Source: Thermoanaerobaculia bacterium
Lineage (GTDB): Bacteria; Acidobacteriota; Thermoanaerobaculia; Multivoradales; Multivoraceae
Length of the DNA: 64,000 nt
Direction of reading: 5' to 3'
NCBI GenBank assembly: GCA_963664405.1
Contig: OY761158.1
Coordinates: forward strand, 6,272,001 to 6,336,000
The position numbers were made by a program, and so were the translations under genes. This document shows, one piece after another, positions 57,680-64,000 of this stretch (position 1 is the first letter of the stretch; the number at the start of each line of letters is the position of its first letter). The notes under the pieces were generated by a model. The model ran no database searches and was not told the DNA's origin. It saw only the letters and a program-made list of their open reading frames with translations.

Positions 57680-58876
57680 ATGAATTCGTGGATCACAGGC
57701 AGTAGTCCACTCTACAGATTGACATTGCTCCTTCTGGGCGTCGCCCTGTTCGCGGGCGGCGCCGGTGCCGAGGACGGCTCGAAAGTGCGCGGGGCCCATG
57801 AAGGGTTGCCTGCCGACGAGAGGACCGACGACCTGGGAATTACGGTGACGAGGGCGCCGGTCAGCTCTCCCGGGCGGCGATACCCCGCTACCTTTGATTT
57901 CCCGACCGGCCCCGAAGTGGGGGAACGCCTGCCAGAGTTCTCACTCCCCAATCAGAGTGGAGAGCTGATCGACTTCCATCGGGATCGTGGTGACTCCCAG
58001 GCGATTGTTGTCTTCTACCGCTCCGTTGTTTGGTGACCGTACTGCCGCACGCAACTGGTCGAGTTGCACAACCGAATGGAAGATCTCGCTTCAGACAACG
58101 TCAAGGTCTATGGCATCAGCTACGACCCGCAATCAAGCCTCACAGACTTCGTGGATCAGTACGATCTGAGTTACGACCTCCTCTCTGATGTGGATTCGGA
58201 GGTGATCAAGAAGTTCGGCATTCTCAACACGCTGATCGCTCCGGAAGACTCGGAGAGAATGTACGGCCTGCCGTTCCCAGGCGTCTACGTAACAGATGAG
58301 TCGGGCGTGGTCACCGAGAAGTTCTTCTATCGCCACTACGCCAGCCGGGCCTCGGCCGGGTCGATCGTGGATTCGGCCTTGGGCGACGTGCTGATGCCGA
58401 AAGAAGCGCCCAACGAGTCTCTGCGTAACGATCAAGTCGAGATCACCGCGTTCTTGGCGGATGAGTCGTTGAAGTTCGAGGTTCGCAGCGTGCTCTATGT
58501 GCGCCTCGAGCTCGAAGAAGGCCTGCACGTCTACAGCGGCGACCTTCCGAAGGGCTATGTCGCAACCACAGTGAGCATCGACGAGACTCCAGGGTTGCGA
58601 GTCGGGACCCTTTCCTATCCAGCCACGAGGCCGAAGACCTTCGAGGCTCTGGGAGTGACGCTGGATGTCTACGAAGGTGTCGTCGAGATCGCGGTCCCGG
58701 TGTCATTGACCGCCGAGGTGATGAACTGGACCCTTCCGGACAAGCCCGAGGTCATGGAGATCCCGGTGAGGGTCGACTATCAGGCCTGTAGCGAGACGGT
58801 GTGTTACAGACCCAAGACGGAAACCCTGACCGTAAGTGCTCCCGTCAGCCCGCTTTCGATGCCGCGCCGCCGATAG
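57680..58876 (+). CDS. Exported peroxiredoxin-like selenoprotein (W-U-P-Y-C) with DsbD-N-like domain, copy 2
   Basis: In-frame TGA at 58034; same SECIS-like hairpin at 58051-58067; paralog of 44823-46067. Confidence 0.9.
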
Positions 58877-58884
58877 CACTTTAC

Positions 58885-58974
58885 GAGCACGCTGAGTTGA
58901 TGGCGACCGTGTCGCCCCCAAGCGCTCACCTCGATAAGAGGGTGGACCCTGTGAGCGAAGCGGCACCTGGCCCT
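58885..58974 (+). repeat. Direct repeat R1, copy a (~90 bp, hairpin-rich)
   Basis: Near-identical to 60128-60218. Confidence 0.9.
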
Positions 58975-58987
58975 GAAGGGGGAGCGG

Positions 58988-59380
58988 TCAGAGAGGGTAG
59001 AGCGGGAGCTTCAGCCGGCGCGCGTTGTCGCGCATCCTGCGATCGTAGGTGGCCAGCCTCACCGGCGCTCCGGAAGCCCTCAGGAACTCGACGGTTGCCA
59101 GGTGCAGCGCGTCGAGGGTCCGCAGCGGCCGAGGAAACGGGTCGAGCGCCCGGGTCAGAACGACCGGCGAGAGCTCGACCAGGTCGACGCCGTCGAGCAG
59201 CGTTCGCGCCGCGTCGCCATGGGACGCGGCAAAGCCGCGGGCATGGAGCATGGTCCACATTTCGTACTGAATCAGCCGGCTCGAGGTCAGCGGCTCGCGC
59301 CAGAGCGCCTCGGGCGGGCACTCGTCCTCGCTCAGGAGGTGTGCGAGCGCCGCCGACGCATCCAGGTACACTCGTGTCAC
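58988..59380 (-). CDS. vapC: PIN domain (VapC-like) toxin
   Basis: VYLDASA, E, LRTLDALHLATV, TYD.R. Confidence 0.88.
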   Translation of the reverse strand: MTRVYLDASAALAHLLSEDECPPEALWREPLTSSRLIQYEMWTMLHARGFAASHGDAARTLLDGVDLVELSPVVLTRALDPFPRPLRTLDALHLATVEFLRASGAPVRLATYDRRMRDNARRLKLPLYPL

Positions 59381-59670
59381 ACCCGGTCCGCCCGCTCCTC
59401 CTCGAGCCAGTCGAGGATCGTGGTCAGTGGGGCGACCGGCGCCCTCGGTGGCGGCGCGCCAAGGCGCGCGCGGGCCGGAGTCACGAAGCCGTTGCGTACC
59501 AGCTCGGCGATGACGGCGTCCGCGACCGCCGGACTTCGAGCGGCATCAGGTGGTCGCAGCTCGGCCACGACACGCTCCCGATCGGTCACCAGGATCGTCT
59601 CCCCACCGGCGGCGAGGCGAACATACTCGCTCAGCTTGTTCTTGAGTACCTTGAGCCCGACCGCACGCAT
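59377..59670 (-). CDS. Phd/YefM-like antitoxin
   Basis: VG.K.LKNKLSEYVR....GE.ILVTDR..VVAEL.P; GTGA overlap with the toxin. Confidence 0.88.
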   Translation of the reverse strand: MRAVGLKVLKNKLSEYVRLAAGGETILVTDRERVVAELRPPDAARSPAVADAVIAELVRNGFVTPARARLGAPPPRAPVAPLTTILDWLEEERADRV

Positions 59671-59674
59671 CGCC

Positions 59675-59705
59675 ACAAAGTAGCTTCAAGAAGCTACTTT
59701 GTCAA
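59675..59705 (-). promoter_or_regulatory. Operator palindrome and -35 of the phd-vapC operon
   Basis: ACAAAGTAGCTTC-AA-GAAGCTACTTTGT perfect palindrome; TTGACA on the minus strand at 59700-59705. Confidence 0.75.
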
Positions 59706-59793
59706 CTGCCGCACAGACGAGTCCCACCCGGTTCAGGGGCACGCGCCACGGTGTGGGGTGGGACGCGCACCCCGATGTTCCCATCTCGCATAC

Positions 59794-60037
59794 GAGAGCG
59801 CTCGTTCTCGAGCTACGGTGCAGGGCTAGTCGGCAAAGCAACAATGCAAGGCGCTACCCGAAGAAGATGTCGGAAAGAGATAGAGCCCGACTCCCTCTTC
59901 AGACAGCGGCAGGCCTGCCGAAGAGCCCTGCACTTGGTGGAGGCGCTGCTTCGCGCTCGACCCGGTCTTGCGCTAACGCTTCAGGAGCGCGCCTTTTCGT
60001 CCCCGATTTGGGTGATTCCGCGGTAAAGCGTGGGCTC
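59794..60037 (+). repeat. Direct repeat R2, copy a (~244 bp), including a DUF3604 3'-end remnant (59956-60026)
   Basis: Homologous to 60995-61239; the tail encodes PGLALTLQERAFSSPIWVIPR* versus PGLALTLQERAYSSPIWLIPR* at 50371-50441. Confidence 0.9.
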
Positions 60038-60078
60038 CCGGCAGCCTTGGGCTGCCATTGGTGCCACCCGAATATTCC
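60037..60078. repeat. Dispersed copy of the hipBA-flanking repeat
   Basis: CCCGGCAGCCTTGGGCTGCCATTGGTGCCACCCGAATATTCC. Confidence 0.78.
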
Positions 60079-60127
60079 AAGGAATCCTGGCTCCATCTAA
60101 GTCAAATGATGTCAAAATCTTACCGGT

Positions 60128-60218
60128 GAGCACGCTGAGTTGATGGCGACCGTGTCGCCCCCAAGCGCTCCCCTCGATAAGAGGGTGGAACCCTGTGAGC
60201 GAAGCGGCACCTGGCCCT
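60128..60218 (+). repeat. Direct repeat R1, copy b
   Basis: Near-identical to 58885-58974. Confidence 0.9.
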
Positions 60219-60254
60219 CCGGGCTGACCGCTCGGCTGCAAATCCCTACCCGAA

Positions 60255-60287
60255 TGGAGGGCAGAAAGTTCGGCTGGCACCTTGGCA
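60255..60287. repeat. Dispersed copy of the hipBA-flanking repeat (left-arm orientation)
   Basis: TGGAGGGCAGAAAGTTCGGCTGGCACCTTGGCA matches 52588-52620 with 1 mismatch. Confidence 0.85.
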
Positions 60288-60302
60288 GGGCTCAGCGTTC
60301 CT

Positions 60303-60542
60303 CTAGAAGGTCGCGAGGATCTTGTCTCGCGAGTCTCCCTTGTGCGCCGCTACGGACCTCAGGATCGCGTTCAGCGTGCCCACCCGGAGGACCTGGTGGG
60401 CGGGCACCACGATACGTTGGCGTGAAGGCTCGTCGGTCTCCAAGATTACGTGGCTACCTACCTGGTGGACGCGGCGATAGTCCCAGTGCTTGCAGAGCGC
60501 TCGGATCAGACGCTCCCCGCTGAGATCCCGCGGGAGCTTCAT
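60303..60542 (-). CDS. hicA: HicA family toxin
   Basis: MKLPRDLSG..LI.AL...Y....Q.GSH..L, VP.H..L.VGTL.AIL; ATGA overlap with hicB. Confidence 0.88.
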   Translation of the reverse strand: MKLPRDLSGERLIRALCKHWDYRRVHQVGSHVILETDEPSRQRIVVPAHQVLRVGTLNAILRSVAAHKGDSRDKILATF

Positions 60543-60748
60543 CCAGTTGCGAGCACTTCGTCGCGCACGAGATGAAGTCGGATCGAGGTGGGGCACTTCG
60601 ACTCATCGAAGAAGGCACTCACGGCCTCGCGGGCGTTGCGCCGGAGTTCTTCCTAGCTGTCGGCTTGAGTGAAGATCGGTTCCGTCAGACACTCAGCGAC
60701 GAAGCCGCCATCTCCCTCCTGGGTCACCTCGAATACCAACTCGTTCAT
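60539..60748 (-). pseudogene. hicB: HicB-like antitoxin with an internal TAG at 60653-60655
   Basis: MNELVFEVTQEGDGGFVAECL..IFTQADS-*-EELRRNAREAV.AFF...IRLHLVRDEVL; the frame continues to a TGA that overlaps the hicA ATG. Confidence 0.8.
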
Positions 60749-60994
60749 CGGGAGCATTGTATCGGAGTCCAGAGGTCCGAATGATGAGGGGGATGAGAAA
60801 CGTGGAGGTGTACCAACAGAAGATCCCCGATTCTCTCCTCTGGTTCTTCGCATCGACCCGGCTGAAACCTGCACCTGAATCTGCCAAGTTGAGCGGCCCA
60901 ATCCGCCCAGGTGTTCAAAATAGCGATACTTGGGGTGTTCAAAATAGGGTTACATGGGGATACCAGCGCGCAGGTAGCCCCAGCGGGATCTTGG

Positions 60995-61239
60995 GAGAGC
61001 GCTCGTTCTCGAGCTACGGTGCAGGGCTAGTCGGCAAAGCAACGATGCAAGGCGCTACCCGAGAAGATGTCGGAAAGAGAAAGAGCCCGACTCCCTCTGC
61101 AGACAGCGGCAGGCCTGCCGAAGAGCCCTGCATTTGGTGGGGGCGTGGCTTCGAGCTCGGCCCCCGTCTTGCGCTAACCCCTTCAGGAGCGCGCCTTTTC
61201 GTCCCCGATTTGAGTGATTCCGCGGTAAAGCGTGGGCTC
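60995..61239 (+). repeat. Direct repeat R2, copy b (more degenerate)
   Basis: Homologous to 59794-60037 with several substitutions and indels. Confidence 0.9.
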
Positions 61240-61243
61240 TGGG

Positions 61244-62182
61244 TCAGCGCATCTTCGAACCGGCACCCACGCTTGACTCGGGCAGAGTCGGCACTGTGAT
61301 CGGGCCGCAGTGCCGGGCTATCGACGCCGCCTTGTGCTTGTGGATGTTTCTGAAGTCGGAGGACCGGGCGATCTCGCTGAAGACGTGAAAGCTGGGGTAG
61401 CGCACGATGTTGAGGCGCGCCACTGCGGTCTCACGATGTAAAGCGTCGGCAGAGTTGAGGGCGGCGGGCACGTTGTCGGCAATGATGATCTCACGGTCCA
61501 AGTGGGCCAGCTCGCCACCGCCCATGTAGCGTGCGTAGGCCTCGAGGCCGGTCGATCCGGGGTGCGAGCCGTCGGCGTATTGTGCCTTCTCGCGAATCTC
61601 GAGGAGGTTCATCACATAGATCATGGTGTCGGTGGGGTCGTCTGGGCGTGACTGCCGCGTCGCTGCGGTAGGTCGCGCCGGCACGCCCACCACTACGTGC
61701 TCGTTCGCCACTGCGGCCTCTCGATGTACGTACGCCGCCTTCCGTAACGCGCTGCCCTCTACTTTCTCCCACGCACGCCAGCTCGGGTAGTGCTTCACCA
61801 CGGTGACGTCCCAGTCGCAGTCGGGTCTGCTGCCCCAGCCCAAGACGTTGTTGACGAGCAAGGTCTTGACACCGGCCTTCTCTTCGACCGCGGCGAGGGT
61901 GGAGAGATAGGCCTGGTAGGCGCCTACCGGAGTCTTCAGCTGAGCGACCGTTGCCGCGCCCGGGTAGGCGACGCTCTTTCGCAGCTTCACTTTCTCCAGG
62001 CGGTGGAAGACGCCGTCGCCGTGATGCTCGACCAGACGCGCGCCCAGCTCGGTCCGGGGTGCGTCCTGCGCCACCGCCGCACCGCCAACGGCTGCTGCAG
62101 AAGGTAGCAGAACCGCGGCGATCGCAGCCATCAAACCGAATTTAGGACACATACGAACGGGGGCCCATTGATTGAATCTCAT
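61244..62182 (-). CDS. Exported protein with tandem DUF1330-like domains
   Basis: Signal-like N-terminus; MNLLE.RE.AQY.DG.....TG.EAY.RY, IVRYPS...F....S.DF.....H+.A; a similar first domain (WD.TVVK.YPS). Confidence 0.7.
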   Translation of the reverse strand: MRFNQWAPVRMCPKFGLMAAIAAVLLPSAAAVGGAAVAQDAPRTELGARLVEHHGDGVFHRLEKVKLRKSVAYPGAATVAQLKTPVGAYQAYLSTLAAVEEKAGVKTLLVNNVLGWGSRPDCDWDVTVVKHYPSWRAWEKVEGSALRKAAYVHREAAVANEHVVVGVPARPTAATRQSRPDDPTDTMIYVMNLLEIREKAQYADGSHPGSTGLEAYARYMGGGELAHLDREIIIADNVPAALNSADALHRETAVARLNIVRYPSFHVFSEIARSSDFRNIHKHKAASIARHCGPITVPTLPESSVGAGSKMR

Positions 62183-62285
62183 CGCAATTCCTCGCTATTT
62201 CGTCTTGAACGTTTCGTGGTGACTCTCACTCCGAGAGCCTGCTTCTTGGCTTAGCTGTGAACTAAGGGTCGGCGCGGAAATAACT

Positions 62286-63352
62286 TCACATTATCGCCGG
62301 AGCGTGTGAGGCCGAGGCGCCACAGGGCGGTCGCTGCATTGGAGGTGGTGGTGAGCTGAGCCCAGGCTGTGGGGCAAGCTCTTCCTGCTCGGTTCGCGGT
62401 CTCGGCGAGAGGGTGTAGTTCCACTTTCCTAGGAAGTCGCTCCTGGCCACCGCGAGCTGCAGCATTTCCTTGTCCGATACCCTGACTCCTTTCTGGTATT
62501 GGCGTTGATCACGGCACGGCTCGACGCGCAGTCCGGTGGATGTCGTCGTGTTGCGGACGAGGTTGACGAGGATCTCGAAACTCTCGAGAGGAACTCCGGC
62601 CCAGTTCTTGCTGATCTCGCTGAACATCCTGTGCTCGATGGGATTCCATTTACTGGTGCCAGTTGGATAGTGGGCGACGGTGATGATGAGGCCGCACTTG
62701 TCTACGAGCTTCTCCTGGAGGTACTTCTTCCAGGCTCGAAGCCGTGCGCCGTTGCTTGCGCCGCTGTCGGCAAGAATGAGGAGACGCTGAGACGCCGGAT
62801 AGTGAGATCGACCGTATTTGAGCCACCAGGTCGCGATGCTGTTGACAGCGAACTCCGGCGTGTCCGACGACTGTCCGAGGACGAGAACGCCGAAGTTCCT
62901 CTGAAGATCGTAGATCCCATAGGGGGAGGCGATGGCGAGAGCTTCGGACCGGAAGTCGTGATCCTTGACCCGCTTGGCCTCGCGGCACCATGTCTGTCCC
63001 TGGTTCTTGAACCGACCGATCAGCTCCTTCTTCTTCGTATCGACGCTGATGATCGGGTCGCCAGCGCTTGTGAAATCCTCGCGCAGTCGCTTGATGGCCT
63101 TGAACTGTGCATCACGATCTGGGGAGTTCCCCGAAGACAGACATTTCCTATTGCTCTTGAGGGAATAGTTCAGGTCTGCGAGCAATCGACGCACCACCGT
63201 AGCCGATACGATGATGTCAAGGCGTTCGGCAAGGCATTGGGCCACCTTTGCAGCGGTCTCGTGCGTCCATCTTTTTGATGACATGGGATCACCAGCTATA
63301 TCGGCCTCGAGTATGGAATGGATTCCATCGACTATCTCGGGCGTTTTTTTTC
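62286..63352 (-). CDS. ISAzo13 transposase catalytic DDE portion (probably reached by frameshift)
   Basis: AGDPMS..RWT, PDRDAQF, ISVDTKKKE, ADSG, SKWNPIEHR. Confidence 0.85.
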
Positions 63353-64000
63353 CACTCGTTGGTTGCCACCGCCTGCTCTTCGAACTCTTCCGCGCTCCAC
63401 GGAGCCGCCGAAGAGCTCGCGACGTCCTTTTGCGACTGTATGAGGGTCCAGGTCCAGAAGATCGGCGATCTTCCGGTCGCCGCCATGCCCGAGCTTGGTC
63501 GCTTCCAGGCCAGCGAAGAGCCGCCGCTGGCGTTCGTCTAGCAGGCTGAAGAATAAAACGATGGCAGCCCTGAGCTCCTCGGGGAGCACTTCTGGAACGA
63601 GGCTGGCAGCTACATCCTGGAGAGCCTGCCGTTCGTTGCGCATCAGCTTCTGCTGACGACGGCGCCCTGTTTCCGAGCACAAGTATACGAACCTCTTCCC
63701 AACTCTGGATCGTACGATTCTCTTGCGACGAACGAGGTGCAACATCGCGTGCTTGACCTCGACCTGCAGCAGGAGCTCGAGTTCAGAAGCCGTATAGCCG
63801 GCAGCGGACCGGTCCACGGCAGCCACCGCAGTTTCGAGGAGGCTGCCATGCCGACTGAACCTCGCCGAACCGCACGACCACAAACCCAGATCGTCGAAAT
63901 CGGGAATCTCGTTCAAGGTATAGAACCGCCCTCGATCCGAGTAGCTGGCCAAATAGCCCAATCGAGACAGCGAACGGTAGACCGTCATGGTGGCTCGGGT
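63332..64000 (-). CDS. ISAzo13 N-terminal ORF (partial)
   Basis: Ends GGGNQRVEKKRPR* just after the slippery GGAAAAAAAAC; no upstream stop within the window. Confidence 0.75.
   Translation of the reverse strand, partial: TRATMTVYRSLSRLGYLASYSDRGRFYTLNEIPDFDDLGLWSCGSARFSRHGSLLETAVAAVDRSAAGYTASELELLLQVEVKHAMLHLVRRKRIVRSRVGKRFVYLCSETGRRRQQKLMRNERQALQDVAASLVPEVLPEELRAAIVLFFSLLDERQRRLFAGLEATKLGHGGDRKIADLLDLDPHTVAKGRRELFGGSVERGRVRRAGGGNQRVEKKRPR

Larger units (their letters stand above)
62262..64000 (-). mobile_element. ISAzo13-family element (Rhodopirellula-type DDE transposase), running off the window; left boundary approximate
   Basis: ORF 63332..>63988 (LDERQRRLFAGLEA..LGHGG) and ORF 62286..~63350 (ISVDTKKKE, DHDF, SKWNPIEHRMFS.I..NW.G) overlap at an A8 run. 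Confidence 0.88.

Noticed and set aside
57680-58876. Second peroxiredoxin copy as an assembly duplication
   Set aside because: It differs from copy 1 by many substitutions, an indel (KHPQTGKVL vs RM) and a different signal peptide.
58885-58974. R1 as a SAM-I or cobalamin riboswitch (CTCTTATCGAG and AGGTGCC on the minus strand)
   Set aside because: The fragments are in the wrong order, the rest of the consensus is missing, and it lies downstream of convergent genes; kept only as a structured repeat.
60653-60655. Pyrrolysine at the hicB TAG
   Set aside because: No pyl genes or methylamine methyltransferase context; a single TGG-to-TAG change is simpler.
60910-60941. Tandem GGTGTTCAAAATAG repeat (2 copies), possibly an IS end remnant or operator
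   Set aside because: Only two short copies, with no partner end or transposase to tie them to.
58885-61239. Integron cassette array
   Set aside because: No convincing RYYYAAC...GTTRRRY attC pairs; the only tyrosine recombinase in the window belongs to the IS91-like element and lacks the IntI-specific insertion.
1-64000. Genome-wide UGA reassignment (genetic code 4 or 25) as the cause of the in-frame TGAs
   Set aside because: Many complete genes end at TGA, several in ATGA/GTGA overlaps (e.g. 12872, 53098, 59377), so UGA is a normal stop here.
1-64000. CRISPR array, tRNA (including selC) or rRNA genes
   Set aside because: No regularly spaced repeat-spacer series, no cas genes and no cloverleaf or rRNA-like sequence recognised by eye.

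Overview
GC-rich bacterial DNA; the gene content suggests an Acidobacteriota-like organism (inference). Left to right: (1) 0.2-34 kb is a cell-surface glycosylation/modification region. It has Thr-type sulfatase-like enzymes, a CotH kinase, an SGNH-dockerin protein, three GT-C-like membrane proteins, GT2/GT4, a sulfotransferase and a GDP-heptose pathway (gmhA, hddC-gmhB fusion, hddA) with epimerases. It is interrupted by CTAG-bounded MITEs, an IS91-like integrase/transposase element, a four-ORF IS21 and a RAYT-type HUH transposase; both IS elements sit inside MITEs. (2) 34-44.7 kb holds housekeeping and DNA-repair genes (pcm, APC permease, radical SAM, polX, NUDIX). (3) 44.7-64 kb is an accessory island with hidden selenoproteins that the ORF track splits at in-frame UGA: two paralogous exported peroxiredoxin-like proteins (WUPYC) and a PrdB/GrdB-like protein (UPVC), each followed by a SECIS-like hairpin. 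The island also has a TetR, DUF1330-like proteins, DUF3604, three toxin-antitoxin modules, IS6 remnants and an ISAzo13 element. The most novel candidate is a Tat-signal beta-lactamase-family protein with an in-frame UGA at the catalytic YxN tyrosine position, followed by a hairpin at SECIS distance. Also notable: hipBA lies between 45-bp inverted repeats sharing a motif with the RAYT flanks, and a duplicated scaffold carries different TA cargo in each copy. All calls come from reading motifs by eye; no searches were run.
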